Origin: an uncultured Poribacteria bacterium
GTDB lineage: Bacteria; Poribacteria; WGA-4E; PCPOR2b
Assembly: GCA_958296125.1 (NCBI GenBank)
Contig: OY282444.1
Coordinates: 1,543,940-1,607,939 of the forward strand
Direction of reading: 5' to 3'
Length of the DNA: 64,000 bases
Position numbers and translations under genes: made by a program
Notes under the pieces: model-generated
Told to the model about the DNA's origin: nothing
Database searches by the model: none
What the model saw: the letters and a program-made list of their open reading frames with translations, nothing else
Shown: positions 47,888-58,687 of the stretch, piece by piece
Layout of the letters: each line of letters opens with the position of its first letter
How positions within the stretch are numbered: position 1 is the first letter of the stretch

Positions 47888-49102
47888 ATGGGAACGCTCG
47901 AAAGTTTAGCAAATGCGTTACGCAGTTTACTAGCGAACAAACTTCGATCAGCACTGACGATGCTTGGTGTGATTATCGGTGTCGGAGCGATTATGACCAC
48001 GACCTCAATCGGCGAAGGGGCAAAAGCGGATATCACGGAGCGTATCCAGACGCTCGGGGCAAATATCCTAGCGGTTCGTCCGGGCCAAAGCCGTTTTCGT
48101 GGACGGAGTTCGGGACAGGACCGTCAGAGCCTGAAGTATGAAGATGCTATGGTGTTGAGGGAACGCGCGAAGAATATTCTCTTAGTCTCACCGGAAGTAT
48201 CTTCACGCACCCAGGTCAAGCATGGGAACAAAAACCACAATACTACGGTTGTCGGTACAACGCCGGAGTATCAGATCACGGCGAACTTCCCGGTTGAGAA
48301 AGGCGCATTTTTTACCGAGAGCGATGTGCGTTCTCGGCATCGGGTGTGCACATTGGGAAAGACAGTTGTTGATGAACTATTCGGCGAGAGGGGAGATCCA
48401 ATCGGCAAGACGGTCAAGATTCGCGGACTCAACTTCCGGGTGCTTGGTGTGATGAAGGAGAAAGGCGCGACCGGTTGGCGAAATCCGGATGACCAGATCT
48501 TTATTCCGGTGTCAACGGCGATGAAACGGGTTTTCGGCAGGGACTACTTATCAAGTATCAGCGCACAGGCAGTGAGTAGCGAAGCGATGGAACAGGCCGA
48601 AGCCGAAATTGAGAATCTCTTGCGGAAGCAGCACAAACTCCCCGCTAACAAGGCCCTCGATTTTAACGTGCGGAATCAAGCAGAGTTCCTTGAGACTCTC
48701 GAAGAATCGGGGCAGACGTTCACCTACATGATTATGGGCATTGCAATCGTGTCCCTAATCGTTGGCGGGATTGGAATAATGAATATCATGTTGGTGTCAG
48801 TGACGGAGCGCACGAAGGAAATAGGTTTACGGAAGGCGGTCGGTGCCAAACGTCATGACATCCTGATCCAGTTTCTGATTGAGTCAATGACGCTGGCGAT
48901 CCTCGGTGGGCTGATTGGGATTGGCGTTGGGATATTCGGGTCGAAGCTCGTGCCATCGATCTGGGGGTGGCGAACGATAATTTCGCCGATGTACGCGGGG
49001 GTGGCATTTTTCGTTGCTGCGTGGATAGGCATCTTCTTCGGTGCCTATCCGGCGTGGAAGGCAGCAAAGTTGCCTCCGATTGAAGCCCTAAGACACGAAT
49101 AA
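47888..49102 (+). CDS. MacB/FtsX-family ABC transporter permease (no fused ATPase domain)
   Basis: N-terminal TM helix, a periplasmic MacB_PCD-like domain, and a C-terminal FtsX four-helix region (GIAIVSLIVGGIGIMNIMLVSVTERTKEIGLRKAVGA). Confidence 0.8.
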   Translation: MGTLESLANALRSLLANKLRSALTMLGVIIGVGAIMTTTSIGEGAKADITERIQTLGANILAVRPGQSRFRGRSSGQDRQSLKYEDAMVLRERAKNILLVSPEVSSRTQVKHGNKNHNTTVVGTTPEYQITANFPVEKGAFFTESDVRSRHRVCTLGKTVVDELFGERGDPIGKTVKIRGLNFRVLGVMKEKGATGWRNPDDQIFIPVSTAMKRVFGRDYLSSISAQAVSSEAMEQAEAEIENLLRKQHKLPANKALDFNVRNQAEFLETLEESGQTFTYMIMGIAIVSLIVGGIGIMNIMLVSVTERTKEIGLRKAVGAKRHDILIQFLIESMTLAILGGLIGIGVGIFGSKLVPSIWGWRTIISPMYAGVAFFVAAWIGIFFGAYPAWKAAKLPPIEALRHE

Positions 49103-49445
49103 ACAAATTCAACACAAATGCGTCAAAGTAGGTATTCTTGGGCACTTGGGTAAATCTATTCCACCTCAACTGACTCCCCACCCCGTTTTGGGTGCCCTTC
49201 CACAAATTTGAAATCGGAGGCCGGAGGAAGGAGGTTGGTAAACAGTAGTTAGGATTACACACCTGTCCCTACTATAGTTGTCCGATTCATCGGGCGTTGG
49301 AATCGGCATTGAAATTATACAGACAGCACCTTATCGAATCCAACGGTGGCGAACCCGTGGTTCTCAACCATCAACAGAGTTGCCCCGAATTTGAACTCAC
49401 CCAAGATTGCCCCCCATCTTGTAGATCTTTAGTTGCCGAATGAAC

Positions 49446-49548
49446 GGTCTCCGTCCGTTCGGAGACCAGGGGGAGATAGCTCCGAACTACAGTGCCTATT
49501 AGGAGTCTCCTAACAGGCGGCAACTTTGCAGGCCGTGCATAGCACGGC
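49446..49548. repeat. Cluster of three short palindromes/hairpins in the macB-to-tolB-like intergenic region
   Basis: ggtctccg-tccgtt-cggagacc (49446-49467); ttaggag-t-ctcctaa (49499-49513); gccgtgc-ata-gcacggc (49532-49548). Confidence 0.4.
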
Positions 49549-49569
49549 AAATACACGATTTGTTAGGAA

Positions 49570-51012
49570 ATGTACAGGTTAAAACTATCGGAAAAGCAGA
49601 CGATTTCACATTTCACACATTACGTGTCACGCCTCGCGTTTCGCGCATTTTGTCGCACTTTTCTACCCCTCCTATTCCTCATCGGTTGCGATGGGACAGA
49701 CGAATCCCTTCAGCAGAGCGAGGAACTGATCCGTTCAGGCAGACATGATGAAGCGGTTGCCTTGCTGGCGAAGGTCATTGTAGCGGACGAGCGGAATCCC
49801 AAAGCGCGGCTCCTGATGGGGCAAGCACATGAAGCATTGGAAAATTATGATCGCGCGATTCCCCAGTTCAAAGCTGCAATTCGATTGTATGTTGCTCAAC
49901 CCGAAGACCGGGCGATGGTACGACTCCAGCTAGCGAAGATTTATCTGAGGCTCGGAGTTCGCAAGGAAGGGGTCAATCAACTGCGAGCGATTGTTCATTC
50001 TACATCAGATAGCACGATGATACAACAAGTCGCAGGGCTCGTCAGTGATGCTTACAAGGTCGTTCAGATTACAAAGGGGCACCCAGACAACTACTCACCG
50101 AACTTCTCCCCTGATGGTGCACAGATTGCCTTTGCGTCGTCCCGGCTGGATAACAGTGAAATCTATGTGATGGATGTGAGCGGAAACAATATCCGACAGA
50201 TAACGTTCACACCGAATTTTAATGAAGATACACCGAGATTTCTGGGCGATTCGCTTTATCTAGTGCATAGCCGCGAACCAAAAAGTGCGGGCGAAGTTCA
50301 GATCGTCCTCCAAAGCGATGGAACAACCCCGGTCTATATTGGCATTTATGCCACTCACCTTGATAGGAAGGTGACACAGGAACTGTTGCCCCTTGGATTG
50401 GGTGTCCGTGTGCCGTGTTTATCGCCAGATTGGAGACGCGTGGTTTATGAGGCAAGTAGGGATAGAAACTTAGACCTGTACCGCCTCGATCTGAACGACA
50501 TCGATCTGGAAGATATGGCGGGAAGAACAATCGTCCCTATACGCATCACCGATAGTGAGGCAGATGAGGGCAGCCCGACCTTCTTCCCGGATGGAAAACG
50601 GATTGCGTTTGTGTCTGCGGGCCCGGAAGGCACAGGTCCTCGTCGCGCCGCGCCCGGTCGTAGCAAGCCGCTTCATCAGATCTATACTATCAATACCGAT
50701 GGCAGCAATGAAAAACATCTGAATCCCAACCCCTATGACTGCTACAGTCCGGTGATTGCGCCGGACGGTCAAACCATTGCCTTCGTATCCGGGCGGATGG
50801 ATGACATTGAGATCTACCTAATGGATATAGACGGAACGAATGAGCGACGTATCACTAGCGGTATCGGTGTCTCAGTACAGCCTACCTTTTCGCCGGATGG
50901 GAGAAATCTCGTGTTTGTCTCTGACCGGAGCGGCACCCTCCAAATCTACCTAATGTCTCTTGACCAACTGGTGACACAGGAGATGTTGATCCAACGCCTA
51001 CAAGGTGAGTAG
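49570..51012 (+). CDS. TPR plus PD40/TolB-like beta-propeller lipoprotein
   Basis: The lipobox LLFLIGC is followed by a TPR-like helical region, then repeated PD40 motifs (SPNFSPDGAQIAFAS; SPTFFPDGKRIAFVS; SPVIAPDGQTIAFVS; QPTFSPDGRNLVFVS). Confidence 0.65.
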   Translation: MYRLKLSEKQTISHFTHYVSRLAFRAFCRTFLPLLFLIGCDGTDESLQQSEELIRSGRHDEAVALLAKVIVADERNPKARLLMGQAHEALENYDRAIPQFKAAIRLYVAQPEDRAMVRLQLAKIYLRLGVRKEGVNQLRAIVHSTSDSTMIQQVAGLVSDAYKVVQITKGHPDNYSPNFSPDGAQIAFASSRLDNSEIYVMDVSGNNIRQITFTPNFNEDTPRFLGDSLYLVHSREPKSAGEVQIVLQSDGTTPVYIGIYATHLDRKVTQELLPLGLGVRVPCLSPDWRRVVYEASRDRNLDLYRLDLNDIDLEDMAGRTIVPIRITDSEADEGSPTFFPDGKRIAFVSAGPEGTGPRRAAPGRSKPLHQIYTINTDGSNEKHLNPNPYDCYSPVIAPDGQTIAFVSGRMDDIEIYLMDIDGTNERRITSGIGVSVQPTFSPDGRNLVFVSDRSGTLQIYLMSLDQLVTQEMLIQRLQGE

Positions 51013-51062
51013 CCTCTCAGCTAGGACCATCATTCTCAAGTAAGTGAATTATCAAAATTTAT

Positions 51063-53345
51063 TTGACAACACATTCCAGATATCCAAAAATGAAAGGAAA
51101 GATGTGTATGGATTGTCAGGCGCAGAGACGCTCCCCTTCTCAGGGGGAAGAACCTTACAAAATCTGTCTACTCCTTTGCTTATTTGTATATTTGCTCATT
51201 TTAACGCCCCGCATCGGCAGCGCAGCCCCCAGCTCCAATGAATATCAGGCGGGGGCGCACCGGACTTTTGCCAGTATCGAAATTGATGGCGATTTCAATG
51301 AGCCCGACTGGCAAAAAGCTAAACCTGTTGGGCAATTTCGTCAGGTCGAACCGGATGCGGGTGAGCCTATGACCCTGCCGACCGAAGTCCGCATTCTCTA
51401 CGATCAAGAAAATATCTACTTCGGTTTCACCTGTTTTGATTCAGACATTTCCAAGCTAGTTGCCAACGACATGCGCCGCGACGCACGTGAATTGCATGAA
51501 AACGACTACGTTTTTCTCATCCTTGATCCTTATAACGATAAACGGAGCGGCGTTGCGTTCCGTGTTAATGCGTTGGGAGCGGTGCAAGATAGCGCAATAA
51601 CCAACAGCGGAGATAGTTTCAACCGAAATTGGGATGCGGTGGTAGATTGTCAAAGTCGAATCCATTCCGACCGCTGGACATCAGAAATTTCTATTCCCTT
51701 CGGTCAACTCCGTTTCAAGGAAAGTGAAGCGATGACGTGGGGCCTGAATCTCTCACGCGGTATCCGCCGGACCAACGAGGAAGGGACATGGGCACCGGTC
51801 CCCGCATCGTATGGTGGGAGGGCGAAATACCGCACCGCCTACATGGGCAGTCTGGTGGGATTAGAAGGAATTAAGCCGAAAAGACAAATCGAGTTGCTGC
51901 CTTACGTTTTACCCGGTCTGAGTCGAACCGAAGCTGATGGAACAGATGGGGGGGTCGAGATGGGATTAGATCTCAAGTACGGAGTGACAACGAATCTCAT
52001 CGCCGATTTGACATATAACACAGATTTTGCACAGGTCGAAGCCGACGAGGAACAGGTCAATCTCACCCGCTACAGTTTGTTCTTTCCTGAGAAACGGCCG
52101 TTCTTCTTGGAGGGGGCAGGGCTTTTTGAGTTTGGCGTTCCACGCCCTAGCTTTCGTCGCCCCCCTCCGTTCCTCCTTTTCTACAGTCGTCGGATCGGCA
52201 TCGAAGATGAACATCCCATTCCAATCATCGGGGGTGGCAAGCTTACGGGAAAAATGGGGCCCTACGGCGTAGGACTGCTCAACGTGTACACCGATGAATT
52301 TCACGATAAGACAGATCCGGATGTCGATGTGCAGCGCACCAACTACTCTGTTCTAAGACTGACGCGGGACCTTTTCAGTGGCTCTCGCGTCGGGTTACTC
52401 TCCATCAACAAACAGGATTCAGATAACTACAATCGTGCCGGTGGATTTGACTTCTCGTATCGTCCAGTCGACAAACTGGAAATTCGTGGACTGTGGGCCC
52501 GGACATGGGATTCAGAGGAGGATGTCGGACAAAGGGATGCGCGGTACATCGGTTCGTATTGGCAAGGCAATCTCTTTCGATTTTCAGGTGCATACACCGA
52601 CATCGGTGATAATTTCAACCCAGAGGTTGGATACGTCCGGCACCAGGCAAGCCGTCGAGTCCGTAGTCAAACACTTTACACACCTCGACCGCGTAAATTC
52701 GGGATTCGCGAAATGCGGGTGGGACCGGAGGTAGACTATATTCTCACTCAGGAAAATGAATTGGAGACTCTTGACATCACACTCGGCGGTCGGATCGAAC
52801 TCAATAACGGTGAGCGGATAACCCTTGAAGCCAAACGCACACAAGAGCATCTTGACGAAGATTTTGATATCTACGATGATGTTATTATTCCCGATGGCCA
52901 GTACGATTTTAATTCGTTCCGCGTAATGGTCGAAACCGATGAAAGCAAGATGTTCGCCGGACAATTTGGGGTGGATGTCGGGGATTTCTTCGATGGAACG
53001 AGACGGGGTTTCGACATTGATGCCAAATTCAAACCGAATGGACGGTTTGTGGTTGAATCGCAATATCAATTCGACCGGGTTGAACTCCCTACGGGGTCTT
53101 TTAATGCAAACGTGTTGGCAAGCCGCGCTGTCTACTCCTTCTCTACCCGTCTCTTTGCAAAACTGTTCGCGCAGTGGAACAGCGCAGACGATGTGATTTC
53201 AACCAACTTCCTGATCAACTATATCTATCGACCCGGCAGCGACTTCTACCTTGTGTTTAACCAGATTTATGACGGAGATGGCGCGACGATTAATCTCTCG
53301 GAATCAACGTTTATTGGAAAAATGACGTATTGGTGGAATCCGTAA
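51063..53345 (+). CDS. DUF5916-family outer-membrane protein with an N-terminal CBM9-like domain
   Basis: Signal/anchor segment; CBM9-like W/Y-rich N-domain (IDGDFNEPDWQKAKPVGQFRQVEPDAGEP...ILYDQENIYFGF). The C-terminal ~450 aa have alternating beta-strand character and end in an aromatic residue. The exact start is uncertain. Confidence 0.5.
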   Translation: MTTHSRYPKMKGKMCMDCQAQRRSPSQGEEPYKICLLLCLFVYLLILTPRIGSAAPSSNEYQAGAHRTFASIEIDGDFNEPDWQKAKPVGQFRQVEPDAGEPMTLPTEVRILYDQENIYFGFTCFDSDISKLVANDMRRDARELHENDYVFLILDPYNDKRSGVAFRVNALGAVQDSAITNSGDSFNRNWDAVVDCQSRIHSDRWTSEISIPFGQLRFKESEAMTWGLNLSRGIRRTNEEGTWAPVPASYGGRAKYRTAYMGSLVGLEGIKPKRQIELLPYVLPGLSRTEADGTDGGVEMGLDLKYGVTTNLIADLTYNTDFAQVEADEEQVNLTRYSLFFPEKRPFFLEGAGLFEFGVPRPSFRRPPPFLLFYSRRIGIEDEHPIPIIGGGKLTGKMGPYGVGLLNVYTDEFHDKTDPDVDVQRTNYSVLRLTRDLFSGSRVGLLSINKQDSDNYNRAGGFDFSYRPVDKLEIRGLWARTWDSEEDVGQRDARYIGSYWQGNLFRFSGAYTDIGDNFNPEVGYVRHQASRRVRSQTLYTPRPRKFGIREMRVGPEVDYILTQENELETLDITLGGRIELNNGERITLEAKRTQEHLDEDFDIYDDVIIPDGQYDFNSFRVMVETDESKMFAGQFGVDVGDFFDGTRRGFDIDAKFKPNGRFVVESQYQFDRVELPTGSFNANVLASRAVYSFSTRLFAKLFAQWNSADDVISTNFLINYIYRPGSDFYLVFNQIYDGDGATINLSESTFIGKMTYWWNP

Positions 53346-53394
53346 GGCAATCAATGAGCAATGAACGACGAGTAGAAAACGCAGGAGTTTCTTC

Positions 53395-54417
53395 ATGAAA
53401 CGATTCTTGGTTGGGTTACTTGGACTGGGATTAGCACTAAATGGACTGTTAGCGACCCCTTCGACTAGCTTTGCACAAGAGGGAAAGTGGTTGAGAAGAG
53501 CTGACATGCCTTTTCCAAGACTCTTTTTCTCAGTCAGTGCAGCCGGCGAACTGGTTTACGTCATCGGCGGTATGCTAGCAGGGCCGGTCGCGAGAGTCGA
53601 TACCTACGCCCCAGCAACTGACACATGGGCACAGAAAGCTGACATGCCAACGGCACGCGCGGGAATTGTGACTGCTGTTGTCGATGGAAAAATATATGCT
53701 ATCGGCGGCTGGAACAACGAAGCACCTGCACTTTCGACCGTCGAAGAATATAATCCGGCAACCGATACATGGACACGGAAAGCCGACATGCCAACAGCAC
53801 GCGTGTTTTTCGCGACTGCTGTTGTGAACCGAAAAATCTATGCCATTGGTGGCATCGCAACAAACTTCGGCCCGGTGGTACCGGTTGTCGAAGCATACGA
53901 TCCAGCGACTGACAGGTGGATCCAAAAAGCTGACATGCCAAATCCTCGGTCGGGAATGTCCACCGCGGTTGTGAATGGAAAAATCTACCTGTTCGGCGGC
54001 GTATCTAACGTGCAAGGTCCCGTGCTTGCGACCGTCGAAGAATACGACCCTATAACTGAAACTTGGGTGCTAAAAGCGGATATACCAACGAAAAGGACTG
54101 CCCTAGCAACCGGCGTTGTTGGAGAACAAATCTACGCGATTGGGGGCACTGCTGTCGTGCAAGGTCCGGGGCTATCCACAGTTGAAGGATATAATCCCGC
54201 TAGTAATACATGGTCGAAGGAAACGGATATGCCGACTGCGAGAGTGTTCCTGGGAGCGGGGGTTGTGGACAATAAAATCTATGTCGTTGGTGGAGTTGCA
54301 GAAGGGTTAGGACCAGCCATTCTACCTGCCACGGAGGAATTTGAGCCCGGCAGGTTGCATGTCGAAAGAAAAGAAAAGCTGCCAACGCTGTGGGCGCAAA
54401 TCAAGGGGGATATTTGA
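53395..54417 (+). CDS. Secreted Kelch-repeat beta-propeller protein
   Basis: Signal peptide, then six repeats of ~48 aa with KIYAIGG...EYNPATDTW..KADMPTAR. Confidence 0.85.
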   Translation: MKRFLVGLLGLGLALNGLLATPSTSFAQEGKWLRRADMPFPRLFFSVSAAGELVYVIGGMLAGPVARVDTYAPATDTWAQKADMPTARAGIVTAVVDGKIYAIGGWNNEAPALSTVEEYNPATDTWTRKADMPTARVFFATAVVNRKIYAIGGIATNFGPVVPVVEAYDPATDRWIQKADMPNPRSGMSTAVVNGKIYLFGGVSNVQGPVLATVEEYDPITETWVLKADIPTKRTALATGVVGEQIYAIGGTAVVQGPGLSTVEGYNPASNTWSKETDMPTARVFLGAGVVDNKIYVVGGVAEGLGPAILPATEEFEPGRLHVERKEKLPTLWAQIKGDI

Positions 54418-54421
54418 GACA

Positions 54422-55030
54422 GTGATATTGAATGAGACGGCCGAGAAAACCGATGTTTTCAAGAAACGGATGACAGATCTCTTTGTCGCCCAGTTTGCTA
54501 AACCATCGGACTTAGAGGAAATTAACTTGAGTCAATTGACTCCATTTCAGCGGGTACTACTAGGCACCGATGGAACAGTTACGCGGTTCATCGAAGCCTA
54601 TACGTTCTCTCCGGTGGAAATTGTGCTACTCCACCAAGAGATGCAAACCCTACCTACGGATCATATTTGGCTCGATGCCGCAAAAGGAACGCGGGTAATT
54701 GCCCGCCAGGTGATGCTGCAAACACGGCAAGGGGTGGGTCAGCAGCTGACCATCCATACTTACGCAACCTCACTCATTGTACAGAACCGAATCCCACAGG
54801 TCATTAGGGAAGGCTTGACGATAAAGGGTAGAGGTTTAGGACAACTTGTACAGCGCAGTAGTTTAGAAACCCGCCGCGACCTGCTGTGGTGTGGTCTCGA
54901 ACGCCCGAAAGATTTGCCGAAGGCTCTCATTCATTTGGAAGGAGAGCCGTTTCTCAGCCGAGCCTATCGTATCGTCGCTGATGGACAACCCATCATGTTA
55001 ATCAACGAGCAATTCCCGCTTGACGGATAG
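54422..55030 (+). CDS. Chorismate pyruvate-lyase-like (UbiC/DUF98 fold) protein
   Basis: RVIARQVMLQ..., LGQLVQRSSLETRRDLLWCGLERP and GQPIMLINEQFP resemble the UbiC pattern R.V.L..g..Pw..A.T..P ... LGryLf....l.R......g.....RRS.l...gkPlLLtElFlP. A GTG start at 54422 lies 5 nt after the Kelch stop with an AGGGGG Shine-Dalgarno. An alternative ATG is at 54470. Confidence 0.4.
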   Translation: MILNETAEKTDVFKKRMTDLFVAQFAKPSDLEEINLSQLTPFQRVLLGTDGTVTRFIEAYTFSPVEIVLLHQEMQTLPTDHIWLDAAKGTRVIARQVMLQTRQGVGQQLTIHTYATSLIVQNRIPQVIREGLTIKGRGLGQLVQRSSLETRRDLLWCGLERPKDLPKALIHLEGEPFLSRAYRIVADGQPIMLINEQFPLDG

Positions 55031-55260
55031 GGGCGAGATTGTGAGTCGAGTAAGGCAACAATCTCCCCGTAGAACGTCTGCAGTTATTCAACCTATTGGT
55101 TAGGCGATTCTTCCGGCCATTCGCTGCCGGTGCTAGGTGTCCCTTCACGATGCTCTAGGGCACAGCAAAGGAACACCCAAAACCGTTATCGGTGAGAGCA
55201 ATTTTTTGGTGGAGAGGTATAGTGCGGCAATTCTTCTATCCACAACTCCTCGCTGTCTCC

Positions 55261-56367
55261 CTATTGCAGCCGTCCGCGTCCCAGAAGGGGCCAAACCGTT
55301 TCGACGATGCCATCGCGGATGCCGTAAATTTCGTCGTGTAGTGCGACAGTGACATCTGAGTAGCCAATAACAAATTCAATCTTGTCACCGACACGCGGCG
55401 TTTCGCTTGGTTCGGCGAGTTCAACCTTCCCATGTTCTGCCGACAACCCCACTGATTCTACACCCGAAATTCCGATGGGAGCCGGATCTGCTGCGCCCTC
55501 ACTCATAGTCTTTCTACCGGCATCGCAGATAATCCGCGCGGGGGCAGGGCGACTAGTAACTGTAGCGAGAACTGTAAGGGCATACGGATGTTCGACACCA
55601 AACTGATGGCGGTAGATAACGTCACAGAAGATTCCGCCGCCCGCTTGAATTTCTGTGATGCCTGGCTGAAAGGCACTGATCCAGTAAGTCCCCGTCCCCC
55701 CACAACTGATGATGTCGATGGGGATCCCTTCGTTACGGCATTTCTGCGCGGTATCGGTGACGGAGGTCAGTGCATCGTCGATCAGTCGCTTTTTCTCCTC
55801 CGGATCTGGGATGCGGAGCGCCATTGATTCCCATGTAAAGAGCCCCGCAAGTTGTACCCCCTCTCTGCCGTGGATCTTGCGCGCCAAAGCGAGAGCGGGC
55901 TCTCCAGGATCTACGCCTGCCCGGTTCATACCCGTATTAATCTCAATGACAAGGCGAATACGGACCCCCTTCTCACGGGCCGCACGGTCAATGGCCTCTA
56001 CATGCTCCTCACAGTCAACGGCAACCATGACATCTGCATGTCGCCGTAAGTTGACCAGACGGGCAACCTTCTGCGGTCCAACAATTTGGTTGGCAATAAG
56101 GATGTCCTTCACACCGCCGGCAGCCATAACCTCTGCCTCGCCGAGCTTGGCACAGGTGACACCGATGGCACCTGCATCTAGGAGTTTATGGGCGAGTGCC
56201 GGGGTTTTCATTCCTTTCGTATGAGGTCGCCAATTGACCCCAGCTTCATGAATAATGGTAGATGCCATTCGGTCAATGTTACGCTCCATCGTCGGCAAAT
56301 CAATCAGGAGCACTGGCGTGTCCAGTTCTTCTTTGTGACAACCGATGAGATTTGTGTGTGCTATCAT
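55261..56367 (-). CDS. D-serine dehydratase-like / D-threonine aldolase (DSD1) family PLP enzyme (alanine-racemase-fold)
   Basis: WRPHTKGMKTPALAHKLLDAGAIGVTCAKLGEAEVMAAGG (PLP-Lys in HTKG), a C-terminal beta domain, and 368 aa in total. Confidence 0.8.
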   Translation of the reverse strand: MIAHTNLIGCHKEELDTPVLLIDLPTMERNIDRMASTIIHEAGVNWRPHTKGMKTPALAHKLLDAGAIGVTCAKLGEAEVMAAGGVKDILIANQIVGPQKVARLVNLRRHADVMVAVDCEEHVEAIDRAAREKGVRIRLVIEINTGMNRAGVDPGEPALALARKIHGREGVQLAGLFTWESMALRIPDPEEKKRLIDDALTSVTDTAQKCRNEGIPIDIISCGGTGTYWISAFQPGITEIQAGGGIFCDVIYRHQFGVEHPYALTVLATVTSRPAPARIICDAGRKTMSEGAADPAPIGISGVESVGLSAEHGKVELAEPSETPRVGDKIEFVIGYSDVTVALHDEIYGIRDGIVETVWPLLGRGRLQ

Positions 56368-56642
56368 AATAAACCCGCGGTCTTCACCCCTGAATAATCG
56401 AGGTGAGGCTTGCGGACTCCTTTCTGTTTAATACTCGTCCCCAAAAGCAAAGTTCCGTGTTTATTTTTTTATATGAACCGGAAATTTTCCTCTAATCTGT
56501 TAGGAGTTACGCACTTCAGTTCGTAGTCGCGCGTCCATTGCGCGTCCGGATGGGCACTTCATCGCCGAACTACCCCCTGATAAGGGGGGCAGGGGAGTTG
56601 GCTTCGAGCATTCAACTGCGTAAGTCCTATCTGTAATCGGGG

Positions 56643-58634
56643 TTACGTTTCACGCTTCATGCCGGCTTCAAGCGTTTCGATAATTGTATCTACATCGTAG
56701 ACGCAGCCGCCCCATGTCCCCCCACCGACGCTCTGGAGTGCCGCCCACAGGCGTGTATCGTCCGGCAGCATCTCGTCAGGGGCAAGGTCCGGACGTGGGA
56801 ATCTTTCCGCTAAAATCTGCGTGCCCGCCTCAGCACCGAAGGTCCGGTCCCCGTGACCGACCAAATCAATGCTCCCTTCAAGCCGATTCCGATCAACGCG
56901 GATCTGGATTTGATCGCCATCAATCAGCTTGCCGATGGGCCCACCCGCCAACGCTTCCGGACCAACATGTCCGATACACGCACCGGTTGATACGCCGGAA
57001 AACCGCGCGTCGGTGATTAAGACGACATGCTTACCAAACGAAAGATGCTTGAGCGCGGCAGTGATCTGGTAGACCTCCTCCATACCAGACCCCATCGGAC
57101 CGCGGGAGCAAAGCACCATGACCTCTCCCGGCTTAATCTGGTCGTCACCGTGACTTTTGAGTGATCGAATCGCGTCGCGCTCACGCACAAACACACGCGC
57201 CTGCCCGGTCATACGGTAGATACCATCCTCATCAACAACACTGGGATCAATCGCGGTACTTTTGATAACAGAACCTTCCGGCGCGAGATTCCCACGCGGA
57301 AAGGTGACCGTGCTGGTCAACCCACGCGCTTTTGCGGCCTCCGGGGTCATAATCACATCGTTCGGATCGATCCCATCGCGCTCCATCAAGAGATCTCGCA
57401 CACGCTGACGGCGTTCCGACTTCTCCCACCAATCGAGGTTCCGCCCAAGGGGTTCGCCTGAAGCGGTGATAACATCTTCGTTCAGCAAATCTAACGCCCG
57501 TAAATGTAGCATCACTTCAGGAACACCACCTGCCAGAAAGACGCGGACCGTCGGATGGCCGACTGGACCATTAGGTAAAACATCAACGAGACGGGGCACA
57601 CGCCAATTGATCTCGATCCAATCCTCAATAGCTGGGCGCTCGAGTTTCGCCGCATGTGCGATGGCAGGGATATGCAGAAGCAGGTTCGTCGAACCCCCGC
57701 AGGCAGCGTGGACAACCATCGCATTGCGAACCGCTTCATCTGTCAAAATATCACCCATCTTGAGCCCTTTTGCGTCAAGGTTGACCAAGGCACGGGCGGA
57801 TCGCTTTGCCATATCCGACCAGATCGGTTGACCCGATGGCGCAAGTCCGGAGTGCGGTAGCGTCATCCCTAGTCCTTCTGCAACAACTTGTGATGTTCCA
57901 GCGGTCCCAAGAAATTGGCATCCGCCTCCCGGACTTGCACAAGCTTTGCACCCAAGGTCAGCGGCATCCTGCAAGGAAAGCTCACCGTGTGCAAAACGGG
58001 CACCGATGGACTGAATCTTGCCCGCGTCTTCACCTTCGGTGGGCGGCAACGTGACACCGCCGGGGACTAATACACACGGCAGGTCACGCATGGCAGCGAT
58101 CGCGATCATCGCTGCGGGCAGCCCTTTGTCGCACGTTGCAACCATCATCACCCCTTTGCGCGTCGGCAACGACCGGATCAAGCGCCGGAAAATCATCGCG
58201 GCATCGTTACGATAGGCAAGACTGTCCATCATGCCGGGGGTGCCCTGCGTCCGTCCGTCGCACGGATCCGAACAGAATCCAGCGAATGGGATCGTGCCAA
58301 GTGCCTTGAATTCGTGAGCGGCAGCCTGCATCAACAAGCCAACCTCCCAATGCCCGGTGTGGTAGCCAAGTGCAATCGGACTCCCGTCCGGCGCACGGAT
58401 ACCCCCTTGTGTGCTTAGGATGAGGAACTCGCTCCGATTGAGTTCACCGGGTGCCCATCCCATGCCCGTATTATGGCTCCAGCCAAAGACATCCCCACTC
58501 GGCAAATTGAGCAGCATCTCCGATGTTAGCGGTAGGCTGCCCTCAGGACCGGGCGAATGGGTTTCCAACTCGTAAATTGTGGAATCGTTAGAATCCAGAA
58601 GTTCGTCGAAATCAACAGTTTTTGTAGAAGCCAT
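56643..58634 (-). CDS. IlvD/Edd family dehydratase (sugar-acid or phosphogluconate dehydratase-like)
   Basis: [39 protein letters not shown] and the C-terminal [16 protein letters not shown] are family hallmarks. It carries an ~80-aa N-terminal extension relative to IlvD. Confidence 0.85.
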   Translation of the reverse strand: MASTKTVDFDELLDSNDSTIYELETHSPGPEGSLPLTSEMLLNLPSGDVFGWSHNTGMGWAPGELNRSEFLILSTQGGIRAPDGSPIALGYHTGHWEVGLLMQAAAHEFKALGTIPFAGFCSDPCDGRTQGTPGMMDSLAYRNDAAMIFRRLIRSLPTRKGVMMVATCDKGLPAAMIAIAAMRDLPCVLVPGGVTLPPTEGEDAGKIQSIGARFAHGELSLQDAADLGCKACASPGGGCQFLGTAGTSQVVAEGLGMTLPHSGLAPSGQPIWSDMAKRSARALVNLDAKGLKMGDILTDEAVRNAMVVHAACGGSTNLLLHIPAIAHAAKLERPAIEDWIEINWRVPRLVDVLPNGPVGHPTVRVFLAGGVPEVMLHLRALDLLNEDVITASGEPLGRNLDWWEKSERRQRVRDLLMERDGIDPNDVIMTPEAAKARGLTSTVTFPRGNLAPEGSVIKSTAIDPSVVDEDGIYRMTGQARVFVRERDAIRSLKSHGDDQIKPGEVMVLCSRGPMGSGMEEVYQITAALKHLSFGKHVVLITDARFSGVSTGACIGHVGPEALAGGPIGKLIDGDQIQIRVDRNRLEGSIDLVGHGDRTFGAEAGTQILAERFPRPDLAPDEMLPDDTRLWAALQSVGGGTWGGCVYDVDTIIETLEAGMKRET

Positions 58635-58687
58635 ATCATACCTACTTTCGTATCAAAAAAGGGAAGCGTGCCATCCCGTTTCACGCA

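Noticed and set aside
49370-49560. tRNA or other structured RNA gene in the hairpin-rich intergenic region
   Set aside because: There is no cloverleaf and no T-loop GTTCRANYC box. The hairpins are independent short palindromes. ORF 49371-49556 is likely spurious.
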